The notes under the pieces were generated by a model, which saw only the letters and a list, made by a program, of their open reading frames with translations, had not been told where the DNA came from and searched no databases. A stretch of DNA of 64,000 nucleotides, taken from NCBI GenBank assembly GCA_963706325.1, contig CAVPLT010000007.1, positions 352,001 through 416,000 on the forward strand. Reading direction: 5' to 3'. This stretch comes from an uncultured Nitrospiraceae bacterium (GTDB lineage: Bacteria > Nitrospirota > Nitrospiria > Nitrospirales > Nitrospiraceae). Shown here piece after piece: positions 21,296-31,003 of the stretch. The position numbers and the translations under genes were made by a program. How positions within the stretch are numbered: the stretch's first letter is position 1; each line of letters begins with the position of its first letter.

Positions 21296-24200
21296 ATGAG
21301 ATCGGCACCAAGGAGATTTAGGGTTCACAGTCGGCGGAAGTCGCCGGTTGCCTGGAAGTTGCTTATGGGAGCACTGCTTCCAACCCTGTGTATCGGGATG
21401 GGTTCCGTTGTATTTGCTGGCGAGACCGACGGGCATGCTATGGCGCACAGTCAGCCGGCGTGGGCTGAGCAACTCAAAGGGCAGACCATCGTCGAGGATG
21501 CACAGGAAGGGCATGTCGAGCGGACGGCCATGATGGAGCGGCAACATCAGCGCATCATGGAGAAGATCAACGACCAGCTCACGCATGATTCCAACAATCA
21601 GCGCACGGGCGGCATGTACAACAACGTGAACATGTTGCACCAGTACGGAGCCGGGGCCCAAGACATGTTGTTGATGTCGAATAGCGGCGCAGAGCCGGTG
21701 TCGTCGTTGGGTGGGCGCTGTCCAGCCAGTGCGCCGGTGCGAAGCTACGACGTCTCGGCCATCAATGTTGAGATTACTTTGAATATGTGGCTGGATTACT
21801 ATCCGGGCTATATGTACGCCTTGACCGAATCCCTTGAGAAGGTCCGCGCTGAAGAGACCAAGAACCGTGAAGCGCGAGACAAAGAAGGCTACGATCCAGG
21901 CGCCGTGACGAACGGCGTGCAGAATCAGTGGATTCAACCATTGGTGCTGCGCGGTAACCAGGGCGATTGCGTGAAGCTCACGCTCCGCAACCAGCTGGAG
22001 GGTGACGAAGAAGTCAGTTTGAACATCCACGGATCCAGCATGATCATCTCGTCCACGGGTCAGCCTGCGACGACCACGAATCCCGACAGCATCGCGCCGA
22101 AGGGAAAGGCCGTGGAGATGGAATGGTATATTCCGCCCACGCAGCAGGAAGGCAGCCGCCAATTCCATTCCTACAGCAACGATCGTGAGTTGACCGTGAT
22201 GGGATTGTTCGGTTCGTTCGTGATCGAGCCGAGGGGGTCGGAATATCTGGAGCCGTTGGGAACCGGCGATCCGATGCCGGCCAAGAGTGGATGGCAGGCC
22301 ATCATCAAGAACGGCGCCGGTCCGGACTTTCGTGAATTCGTCCTCTTTTATCATGAGGTCGGAGATGAAGCGTTTCGTCCCTTGAACAAAAAGGGCGACT
22401 TCATTCCGCAACGGGATCCGCTGACCGACGTCTATCGGCCGGTGGCGCGCGCGCTGAATTATCGCAGCGAGCCGTTCGGCGTGGACAACATGCAGACCCA
22501 GCATGAATATTTCGGGTTCGAGGATGAATCGATGGCCTACAGCGCCTATACGTTCGGCGATCCCGCCACGACGATTCCTCGCAGCTATCTGGGTGACCCG
22601 GCAAAGTTCCGCTTGGTGCACGGTGGTTCCGAAGTGTTCCACTCTCACCATCCGCACGGTGGATCCATCCGTTGGCCGCGGAGCCCGCGGGCGATCGATG
22701 AAATGCCGCTCTGGCATGCGGCGAAGAACGGCCCCGTGAAGTACCCGGTCATCCGGATGAAGTCCGATCGTGTCGACGTGGAAGTGATCGGCCCATCAGA
22801 GACCATGGACTTGGAGACGGAGTGCGGCTCCGGACTCTGTCAGCAATTGGCCGGAGATTTTCTGTTCCATTGCCACGTCGCCCATCACTACATCGCGGGA
22901 ATGTGGGGCTATTGGCGTGTCTACAACACCATTCAGCAAGGGGCGAATCACAATGACGTGATGCCGGACTTGTTGGAGTTGCCGGACCGCAAGGGCCGCA
23001 TCAAGACAGGGGTGACGTCCGATGAGCTGATCGGCAAGACCGTCGATTGGTTCGGGAAGCAGTTCAAGATCATTGAGAAAGGCAAGACCGATTGGAAGGC
23101 GGACCCCGCTATCGTGACGCTGAAAGATTGGGTCGACATGCAGTTCCCACCCCAAGGGCTGCCTGGCCATAAGAAAGATGAGCGGGACCAGACGCGTTCC
23201 TATGATGCCAGCGTGTTGAACTGGGGCTGGCAGGGTACACGCGCGGTGACCGAGCCTGAGAACACCGTGCCGAATCCACGATATCAGTCGGCCCATCCCG
23301 GCGAGCGTCTGCCGATCGTGTTCGAGCCGTTGACCGGCAAGGTGTCGTGGCCTCATCTGAAGCCACATTTCGGGCGCCGCGTGCCCTTTTCAAAGAACCA
23401 CAATCCATCTCCCTGGCTGGAGATGATCCACTTGGAGGAAGATGGATTGCCGAGTTCTTACCCGGCTAAGCCGGGTGAGAACGGGCGTTGGAGCCTGTGT
23501 CCTGAAAATGCCGGATCCAAGAAATACAACGTGCACTTCATCCATACGCCGATGAAGTTGGCCGATAAGCAGGGCGACACGCCTGCGATCGAAGATCCGG
23601 GTGGACTGATCTATGTCTTGCACGAAGAGGAAGCCGCCATCAGGAAGAACAACGACCTGAAGTATCCGTTGGTCGTGCGGTCCAACATCTATGACTGCGT
23701 CGACTGGATGTTGACCAGTGAATGGGAAGACGACGATCACTCGAACTTCCACTCGTCGAAGGTCAACACCCATTGGCACTTCCTGCAGTTCGACAATCAA
23801 TCGTCGGACGGGGTGATCACCGGGTTCTCGAACGAACAATCGGTGCGTCCGTTCACGATGCTCGAGAAGAAAACGGACAAGGGATTGCCGTTGCCCTTGA
23901 ACACCACCTTCACGAAGGCGGGAAAAAAGGGCGATCGAGTCATCACCGTCAAGAATGCCGCGCAGTACCATCCTGAGGTGGAAATCCTGATCGGCGCGGA
24001 TAATGTCGGCGGCAATGAGATCGGACGGGTCAAGTCGATCAAGGGAAATGAAATCACCCTTCTTCGTCCCTTGAAGCACGATCATCCCGTGAAGGATATC
24101 GTGACGGTCGAGTTCGTCAGACAGCGATTCTGGGTCGATGCCGATGTGGGGACGGTGTTCTGGCACGACCATGCGCTGGGTCGGATCACGTGGGGTCACG

Positions 24201-26179
24201 GCGGCTTCGGCACGATGATCGTCGAGCCGGTCGGGTCCACGTACCACAATCCGAAGACCGGGCAACCGATCCGAAGTGGTCCGCTGGCGGACATTCGGAC
24301 CGTCGAACCGGTGGGCTATGGGGTGAACGGCAGTTTCCGTGAGCTCATGGTCCAGTTGAATGACAGCGTGCCGCATACGGTTAATATCGTGACGGCAGGC
24401 AATCCGCCTGGCCAGCCGATTGAAATCGGGCTTGAGGCGGGCAAGACCGTCTCTTTCCCTATGCCTGAGCACATTCCGATGACTCCGATGGCATTTCTGA
24501 ACGGCGGCACGCATACGACCGGAGGCAGCCTGAATTTCCGAGCCGAGCCGATTATCGGCCGTCTCAAGGCGAACCCGGACTCGTCGTTGATCTTCAGTAG
24601 CGCCGCGCATGGCGATCCTTACACGCCGCTGTTGCGCGCATACCTTGGCGATACGATCGTCTTCAGGTTGCTCCAAACTATGACCAACGAGACAATGGTT
24701 TGGACGCTGTCCGGTCATACCTTTTTGACCGAGCGCTACGCAGGTGACGCCAACCGGAAGAACTCCATCCATATCGGAATCGCCGAGCGCTACGATTTGG
24801 TGGTGCCGCAAGCCGGCGGGCCGAGGCTGCAAGCGGGCGACTACATTCATTTTAACGGTCGCGCGTCGAAGTTCTCTGAAGGGGCCTGGGGCATTGTGCG
24901 GGTTCTGGATAAAGATGTGCCGGATCTACAGAAATTACCATCCGGCTACAGCGGCCGAAATGTCATTCCGAAGTCACCGGAAGTGTGTCCATCTGATGCG
25001 CCGGTGAAGACATTCAACGTCGTGTCGATCGACTTCCCGTCGATGAAGTTGAACCCGAGGGCGCCGGACGCCATCGAGGTCGATTTCGAGCGGACGATTC
25101 AAATGGTCAATCCAGACGCCAAGATTTATACCTTGGAGGAGGACGCGGCCTCAGTGGCATCCGGTGTACAGCCGATGCCGCTGACGATTCGGGCCAATGT
25201 GGGAGACTGCCTTAAGATCAGGTTGACCAATAAGATGAAGGAGGGCCGCGCCTCTTTCTCAGCCATCGGGCTGGCGTTCGATCCGAAGGATTCTCTCGGA
25301 GCGAACGTCGGCAATAATCCCGGCGATCAAACGATCGCGCCGGGCGAAAGCCGCGTCTATACGTACTATGCCGATCCATTCCTGGGAGAGACGGCTTCTC
25401 TGGTGTGGGATTGGGGTAACGTCATGACCAATCCGCGCAACGGACTGTTCGGCGGGATCGTGATCGGTCCGAAGGGAGCGACCTATCGCGACCCGAAGAC
25501 CGGTGCGGATATTTCCAACAAGAACAGCTGGATCGCTGACGTCATCGTCAACCGAACGATTCAGGGCTACGAAAATCGTAAGAATTACCGCGATGTGGCA
25601 TTGTTCTTCCAGGATGAAGACAACATCATCGGGACGAGCTTCATGCCCTATGTGCAGAACACGGCAGGATTGACGGCCGTCAATTATCGGTCGGAACCCT
25701 ATAAGTTCCGTGAAGAATCCGGTTGCACCCTCGGCAGGGTATTCCAGCCCTGTTCGGTCGATAAGCCGGAAAGCATCGCTACGCCACTCATCGAGGCGCA
25801 TGCGGGAGATCCCGTACGCATCCATGTCTTCGGCGCGAGCAATGAACAGAACGGCATGTTCAGCGTGGAGAAACATGAATGGCCGATCGAGCCCTTCATG
25901 CCCGGCGCCGACCAGATCAGTGTCGTGGAATTCTCGGGATCCGAGACGTTGGACGCCTTCATCCCAGCGGCCGGCGGAAGCTTCCGCTTGCCGGGTGATT
26001 ACGTCTGGAGCAACCAGCGATTGCCGTATGCGCAATCCGGCCAGTGGGGCCTGCTCAAGGTCCTTCCGTCTGAGGATCAACGGATCCTTCCGTTGACCCA
26101 GCATGGGTCATCGGCAAAGCGAGCGGAGTCAGAGCAGGGAGAGGGCAGGGTGTCTCGCACCTCCACCTCCATGCAGTAG
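21296..26179 (+). CDS. Giant secreted multicopper oxidase, MnxG-like six-cupredoxin-domain architecture (1627 aa)
   Basis: GAGGAGG RBS; signal peptide; Cu motifs HSHHPH, HCHVAHHYIAGM, THWH and WHDH; three internal modules starting CPASAPV/CPENAGS/CPSDAPV. Confidence 0.88.
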   Translation: MRSAPRRFRVHSRRKSPVAWKLLMGALLPTLCIGMGSVVFAGETDGHAMAHSQPAWAEQLKGQTIVEDAQEGHVERTAMMERQHQRIMEKINDQLTHDSNNQRTGGMYNNVNMLHQYGAGAQDMLLMSNSGAEPVSSLGGRCPASAPVRSYDVSAINVEITLNMWLDYYPGYMYALTESLEKVRAEETKNREARDKEGYDPGAVTNGVQNQWIQPLVLRGNQGDCVKLTLRNQLEGDEEVSLNIHGSSMIISSTGQPATTTNPDSIAPKGKAVEMEWYIPPTQQEGSRQFHSYSNDRELTVMGLFGSFVIEPRGSEYLEPLGTGDPMPAKSGWQAIIKNGAGPDFREFVLFYHEVGDEAFRPLNKKGDFIPQRDPLTDVYRPVARALNYRSEPFGVDNMQTQHEYFGFEDESMAYSAYTFGDPATTIPRSYLGDPAKFRLVHGGSEVFHSHHPHGGSIRWPRSPRAIDEMPLWHAAKNGPVKYPVIRMKSDRVDVEVIGPSETMDLETECGSGLCQQLAGDFLFHCHVAHHYIAGMWGYWRVYNTIQQGANHNDVMPDLLELPDRKGRIKTGVTSDELIGKTVDWFGKQFKIIEKGKTDWKADPAIVTLKDWVDMQFPPQGLPGHKKDERDQTRSYDASVLNWGWQGTRAVTEPENTVPNPRYQSAHPGERLPIVFEPLTGKVSWPHLKPHFGRRVPFSKNHNPSPWLEMIHLEEDGLPSSYPAKPGENGRWSLCPENAGSKKYNVHFIHTPMKLADKQGDTPAIEDPGGLIYVLHEEEAAIRKNNDLKYPLVVRSNIYDCVDWMLTSEWEDDDHSNFHSSKVNTHWHFLQFDNQSSDGVITGFSNEQSVRPFTMLEKKTDKGLPLPLNTTFTKAGKKGDRVITVKNAAQYHPEVEILIGADNVGGNEIGRVKSIKGNEITLLRPLKHDHPVKDIVTVEFVRQRFWVDADVGTVFWHDHALGRITWGHGGFGTMIVEPVGSTYHNPKTGQPIRSGPLADIRTVEPVGYGVNGSFRELMVQLNDSVPHTVNIVTAGNPPGQPIEIGLEAGKTVSFPMPEHIPMTPMAFLNGGTHTTGGSLNFRAEPIIGRLKANPDSSLIFSSAAHGDPYTPLLRAYLGDTIVFRLLQTMTNETMVWTLSGHTFLTERYAGDANRKNSIHIGIAERYDLVVPQAGGPRLQAGDYIHFNGRASKFSEGAWGIVRVLDKDVPDLQKLPSGYSGRNVIPKSPEVCPSDAPVKTFNVVSIDFPSMKLNPRAPDAIEVDFERTIQMVNPDAKIYTLEEDAASVASGVQPMPLTIRANVGDCLKIRLTNKMKEGRASFSAIGLAFDPKDSLGANVGNNPGDQTIAPGESRVYTYYADPFLGETASLVWDWGNVMTNPRNGLFGGIVIGPKGATYRDPKTGADISNKNSWIADVIVNRTIQGYENRKNYRDVALFFQDEDNIIGTSFMPYVQNTAGLTAVNYRSEPYKFREESGCTLGRVFQPCSVDKPESIATPLIEAHAGDPVRIHVFGASNEQNGMFSVEKHEWPIEPFMPGADQISVVEFSGSETLDAFIPAAGGSFRLPGDYVWSNQRLPYAQSGQWGLLKVLPSEDQRILPLTQHGSSAKRAESEQGEGRVSRTSTSMQ

Positions 26180-26186
26180 TAGATCG

Positions 26187-26214
26187 GGGCGGCGCCGGTT
26201 TGCCGGCGCCGCCC
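26187..26214 (+). terminator. GC-rich hairpin after the oxidase (terminator or stabiliser); second hairpin at ~26244-26276
   Basis: GGGCGGCGCCGG-TTTG-CCGGCGCCGCCC directly after the stop; then GGGGGAGAGCT-ACGA-AGCTCTCCCCC followed by a short T run. Confidence 0.55.
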
Positions 26215-26536
26215 TGGGAATGCAGTGCCGGTCCTCATCATCAACAGGGGGAGAGCTACGAAGCTCTCCCCCCTGTCATTTTCAGGGGCATGGTCACTCC
26301 GTTGTCGTACAACATCCTCCCAGACGACCTTAGATGAGTCCGTTGGGCAAGTCCGACCTCACGGTTTCGCAGCTGGCTTCAGCGTTCGTCCCTTGCCGGA
26401 TCGGCGGGGCCTGCGCCAGCGTCGATATGCCGAAACTTAGGCTCATGATCGTGATGATCATAAGGCCGGATTCAAATTGCCCTGCAGTAGTGTGCGCCAT
26501 GTGGGGCTCTCACTTTTTTTACCGCATATCTGCGTC

Positions 26537-26986
26537 TTATCGCGTTTGAGACGGACCGGTCATGCCGCCGGGCGGAACCATACCGGGCTTCCCGCCTAGC
26601 TGACTCGGTGTGTGATGCAGTGCGCCTGGCAGCTGGTCCGGCCGGAGGCCTGGTAATCTTCCTTTCAGCGCGGAGCCTAGTGAAACGCAAGTGGAGTCGT
26701 TGCAGCAGGAGATCTGACCCGTCGCGGCGTCGCACATGAACGAGAAGGAACCTCCATGTGCCTGCGCGTTGTCCGCCATGTTCTTACAGGCTTGTGCACC
26801 GGAGGGGTGCTTGGCTGCGAGTTGGTTGAACTTGTCAGAAGAGATGGAACAGGCGGAGGCGCTGTGGGACGGTCTCCGAGGCGCGCTGTGACCGATGTCC
26901 CCCAAGGTAACCGCCAAGGTCACGACCAATGCCGCGAGACAGGTGGGAGTGGGTCGATATCTCATGGACGATCTCCTCTCGGTCAT
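26537..26986 (-). CDS. Small secreted Cys-rich hypothetical protein
   Basis: Signal-peptide-like N-terminus, six Cys in the mature part ('MCDAATGQISCCNDSTC'), Pro/Gly-rich tail; true start may be the second ATG (MRYRPT). Confidence 0.6.
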   Translation of the reverse strand: MTERRSSMRYRPTPTCLAALVVTLAVTLGDIGHSAPRRPSHSASACSISSDKFNQLAAKHPSGAQACKNMADNAQAHGGSFSFMCDAATGQISCCNDSTCVSLGSALKGRLPGLRPDQLPGALHHTPSQLGGKPGMVPPGGMTGPSQTR

Positions 26987-27275
26987 TCTGTTTATCGCGC
27001 TCTATCGCCGCTGTAATGGCCAGCAAGTGCAGCTCTGACTGGCGGCCGGGCAAGAGCTTGGACAGAATGGTGAAAGCAACTGACACTCAGCTACATTGTG
27101 ACAGGAGCATTCCGTCAGCGTGAGCGGCACCTGGTAGCCGCACAGGTTCGGCGGTAGGGGAAGCATGGCGCCCCGGCTCATCGGCACAATTTCACAATGT
27201 TGGCTACCGAGGGGACAAGATCCGGGAAAGAGCGCCGCGAGCGGCTGGCATTCGTGGATGCTGCCCTCGCCATGG

Positions 27276-28034
27276 TTATTTCCCTGCCCTGGCTATGAGT
27301 TCCTTAAGCCCGTTGACGTCCAGTGCACCAGGCACGAGCTCGGTGCCCACGATGAATCCGGGTGTGCCATTGATGCCGAGATTTTTGGCTAACGCGCGGT
27401 TGCGATCGATGACCGCCTGCCATTCTGGACTCGCCATGTCGGCTTCCAAGCGCTTCCGATCCAATCCGACCTCGACCGCTGTGGAGAGAATCGATTCTTT
27501 CGACATTTCGCCTTTGGAGGCCAGCAGCGCTTCGTGAAAAGCCTGGTGCTTGCCTTGGGCATTTGAGGCCAGCGCGGCCTTGGCGGCCAGTTCCGACGCT
27601 TCTCCCAGGATCGGCAAGTCTTTGTAGATAACACGAACCCGCCGGTCCTCTTTCTGCAATTGAGTCACCGCGCCCGCTGCCTTCTTGCAGTAGCCGCAAC
27701 GATAATCAAAAAACTCCACTACTGTAATGTCGCCGGATAAATTCCCGCTCACGGGAGAGGTCGGATCATTGAGCAACTCTTGTTGGTGTTTGGAGAGCGC
27801 CACTTTCTGTCGCTCGCGTTCCTCAGCTTCGCGTTTGGCGTCAAGGGCTTGAAGTGATTGTTCAATCACCTCGGGGTGGGTCTTGATGTACTGCTCGATG
27901 AGTTGTTCCATCGACTGACGCATGGACGGTTCCAGGGTTGTATCTCCCGCATTCACATCGATGGGCAGGCACATTGCCAGCGAGGCAAGCGTGATGGCAG
28001 CAAAGGGTACAGCATTTCGTCCGCAGGATTTCAT
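27276..28034 (-). CDS. DsbA-family (Com1/ScsC-like) thiol-disulfide oxidoreductase
   Basis: 'VEFFDYRCGYCK', 'GINGTPGF', N-terminal 'YIKTHPEVI'; start MKSCGRN follows GGAGG. Confidence 0.9.
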   Translation of the reverse strand: MKSCGRNAVPFAAITLASLAMCLPIDVNAGDTTLEPSMRQSMEQLIEQYIKTHPEVIEQSLQALDAKREAEERERQKVALSKHQQELLNDPTSPVSGNLSGDITVVEFFDYRCGYCKKAAGAVTQLQKEDRRVRVIYKDLPILGEASELAAKAALASNAQGKHQAFHEALLASKGEMSKESILSTAVEVGLDRKRLEADMASPEWQAVIDRNRALAKNLGINGTPGFIVGTELVPGALDVNGLKELIARAGK

Positions 28035-28486
28035 CCGGCCTCCAGTATGGTTGAAGGTATGCTTATTTATAGTTCGGTAATTGTATTTCCTCTGTCGTTG
28101 CGTCCCGTTGAAAGGTTCAGGTGAATGGACATGCATGTCTACTTCTTCAGGCATGGTAGACGGTTCCAACACACGTCCGGTATTTGCGCGAACGTCTGGC
28201 CTCATGCAGCGCATCATTCCGGGCCTAGAGCTGACGATTGCGACAGTGCCTGTTATCGAATAGGGATGCATGACACGTACGTCGTGGAATGTAGGCCGAC
28301 GGTTCAAGTTTAATTGGGTATGAATCGAGAGGAGAGGAACTGTGCTGACTCGTTGAAGCATCACGTAGGATCTCCCCGTGCCGCACGGGACGGGCCTTTA
28401 CGCCCCGTCCTTCGAGACGGCTGGAGCATACGCAACGGCACGCCTCTGGGTCAACCACGTAATCAAAGAATACGGCTATTGTTGCA

Positions 28487-28954
28487 TCAGAACCGACGAA
28501 CCGCCTTCTGCGCCAAGGCCTTCAACTTCTCCTCGTCGCCGGCGGTTTCACGGATTGAGAGTTTCACGGTGGTGTTACCCTTCTTGATGAAGAGATTCAC
28601 GTAATTAATCCCATGCATGCCTCGATCCATAAATGCATCGTCGCCGAGACCCTTCATGGGGACAGGATGTTTGGAAACCTTTCGCCCTCGATTGATGGCG
28701 TCGGCTGGAAACACCCAGACCTCTATGAGATCCTTGCCGTTGGCGGACTCGTAGTTACACCAGGCGGCATCGCCTTCCTTGTCGCCCGTTGGCTTGCCCT
28801 TCAATGGGCCGACGGCCTGCTCCACCTCTGCCGTTGTCAGGATGCTGCAAGGTTCGACTTTCGGTGGATCGGCGAAGGTCGGCGTCACCGCGAGTGAAAA
28901 AGCGATCCAAAGGCACGCGCGCAGACCTGTCCAGCGGGGAGAAATATGAGACAT
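28487..28954 (-). CDS. Secreted hypothetical protein (DUF3558-like)
   Basis: Signal peptide, 'PCSILTTAEVEQAVG', 'GLGDDAF'; AAAGGA RBS. Confidence 0.7.
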   Translation of the reverse strand: MSHISPRWTGLRACLWIAFSLAVTPTFADPPKVEPCSILTTAEVEQAVGPLKGKPTGDKEGDAAWCNYESANGKDLIEVWVFPADAINRGRKVSKHPVPMKGLGDDAFMDRGMHGINYVNLFIKKGNTTVKLSIRETAGDEEKLKALAQKAVRRF

Positions 28955-29169
28955 AATGTTCCTTTCTTATTTAAGACGATTGCTGCCTTTGAACGGCTAT
29001 CCTCAAGCCTCTTAAGAAATGTGTCAAGGCCATGGATCATCGGCGCAAGGTAGGCGACTCATAGTGAAGATCTGCCCGCAGGTTGACTGCCATCTTGCAC
29101 AAGCCGGTCCTCAGTGAATTGCTGGTTTTCGTACACGCCTCGTGCGGTCCAGTTGGACGACTGGTTTCG

Positions 29170-29616
29170 ATGTGGCACCTGACCTTGTTGTCTGTGGCCT
29201 GGATGGGAGAGGAGCCGCCTTATGTCGTCCAGCTGTCCTCGGCGGATACCTCGCATCGTGTGCTGATCGAAAAGGAAGGCGTCCAAGCGCAGCGCATTCG
29301 CTTGCCTATTCCTGACCGGGAGCTGCGAGACGGGTTTTTGCGCCTCACCGTTCGCGACAGCATCGGCCAGGAGGTTGAAGCCGTTTTCGAGCTCATCCCG
29401 CGGGGCCTTGTGCCTTCCCCAGACCGGACGTGGAAGCAATCGGAAGTGCCGGATAACATTCATGTGCTCTTGCAGGCAGATTTATTGGTGAAACGGGATC
29501 CCGGCCGGTGGAGTTATCAAGCCTATCAATCGGTGGAGCCTCTTGCGGACTCATTCGAACCCGCGCACTGGTTGCGGGATTGTTTGGAGGACGGCTCCTG
29601 GTGCTATCGGCAGTAG
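29170..29616 (+). CDS. Hypothetical protein, possibly a 5'-truncated remnant
   Basis: Protein-like ORF with no clear RBS or family motif. Confidence 0.4.
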   Translation: MWHLTLLSVAWMGEEPPYVVQLSSADTSHRVLIEKEGVQAQRIRLPIPDRELRDGFLRLTVRDSIGQEVEAVFELIPRGLVPSPDRTWKQSEVPDNIHVLLQADLLVKRDPGRWSYQAYQSVEPLADSFEPAHWLRDCLEDGSWCYRQ

Positions 29617-29753
29617 GCAGAGGGTGCAGGGATTTCGGCCTTGTTCAGGCCGTCGCGCCTTGGAGAAACAATTGAGAGGGAGGCAATATCGCCACCCTTG
29701 TGGTTGGAGTCTTTTTTCACTGCTACTGGACAAGCGTTCCGTGAAGGCACATC

Positions 29754-30044
29754 TCAGTTTGCCGGGTCAGTGGGAAGTTTGACCATCCTGATAATTTTTC
29801 CTGCTTCGTTGAGCTCGTAGGTCACATGGTCGCCGATGGCAATATTCTGCAGCCATCGCCGGTCGACCGCCGCAAAGAGGCGTGATTCTCCGCTTGGCAG
29901 GCGCAACGTTACGGACGATGAATCCTGATCAATGGATACCACCGTGCCGCCGAGGAGGAGAATTTCTGCGGAACTTTCGGTCGCAGCGATTCCTGTTACA
30001 GGCCAGAAGGTGAACAGCATGACGATCAAAAGCGGTGTGTTCAT
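29754..30044 (-). CDS. Small secreted OB-fold-like protein (CusF-like pattern, lacking the His/Met ligands)
   Basis: Signal peptide; 'GTVVSIDQDSSSVTL...IAIGDHVTYE'. Confidence 0.65.
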   Translation of the reverse strand: MNTPLLIVMLFTFWPVTGIAATESSAEILLLGGTVVSIDQDSSSVTLRLPSGESRLFAAVDRRWLQNIAIGDHVTYELNEAGKIIRMVKLPTDPAN

Positions 30045-30051
30045 ATCCTTT

Positions 30052-30079
30052 ACTATACCGAGGGGCCGTCACCTGTCAA
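30052..30079 (-). promoter_or_regulatory. Near-consensus sigma70 promoter TTGACA-N16-TATAGT
   Basis: -35 at 30079-30074 and -10 at 30057-30052 on the minus strand, 7 nt before ATG 30044. Confidence 0.65.
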
Positions 30080-30203
30080 AGCCAGGATTTTTTCCTTGAG
30101 AGAATAAACCGACCGCGTCTTTCGAAACCCACCTCAGCCTTGGATTTTACGGTTGCGCTACCCCTGCCATCACTTTATGTTGAAAGGCCTAAGCAGGACA
30201 CAA

Positions 30204-30933
30204 ATGAACGGTACGAGCCATGATGTAGCCGCCGTCCTTACTTTGAACGCCGGATCATCCAGTGTGAGATGGGCATTGTTCCGTGCTGGCGCTCAGCCCG
30301 CACGACTGGGCGCGGGAAAACTTGAGCGGATCGGTCTTCCTGATGGAATTCTCACCGCCACCGATGCGACTAGCGGGCAACGCGATCGACGAACCATTCA
30401 GGTGGCCGACCACGCCGCGGCTGTACAGGTGCTCATCGAGCAGCTCGCGCAGAGCGGCAAGGGATTGTCGATTCATGCGATCGGCCATCGGGTCGTGCAC
30501 GGTGGCAGCCGTTATGCAGACCCTGTGGTGATGTCGCCGGAGGTGGTGGAGGAACTGCACCGGCTCAGCCCGTACGAGCCGGAACATCTGCCGGCCGAAA
30601 TCACCCTGATCGAAGCATTCGGTAAACAGTACCCCCGGGTGCCACAAGTGGCCTGTTTCGATACGGGATTTCATCAACACTTGCCGCGGGTGGCGCGAGT
30701 CCTGGCCATTCCGCGCCGATACGAAAAGCTGGGCGTGAAACGTTACGGATTTCATGGTTTGTCCTATGCCTGAATTTCTTGGTACTTGGCTGGATCTGGA
30801 CCGCAATGAAGCCAACGCTGCCGTCATTTCCATTCCGGAGATCAGAGTGACGGTGCGCGTCATGCACACCGAGGAAGAAATCCAGATTGCGCAATCGGTC
30901 TGCCGGTGGCTGGCAGTCGTTGCATACCAGTAA
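30204..30933 (+). pseudogene. ackA: Acetate kinase with a large internal deletion and frameshift
   Basis: N-half 'LNAGSSS', 'GHRVVHGG', 'ACFDTGFH', 'RYGFHGLSYA*' stops at 30773; C-terminal '[29 protein letters not shown]' follows in another frame (30772-30933). Confidence 0.85.
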
Positions 30934-31003
30934 AGAACGGACGGTCGATTCGGCCTGGGCCGGAGGACGATGCGTGACGAAACACTTGAACGAGAGGGAC
31001 CTC

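Noticed and set aside
21269..24850. Long antisense ORFs (482 and 486 aa) opposite the oxidase
   Set aside because: Shadow ORFs caused by GC-biased codon usage; no family motifs.
28035..28364. 110-aa N-terminal extension of DsbA in the ORF track
   Set aside because: A signal peptide and GGAGG RBS point to the ATG at 28034.
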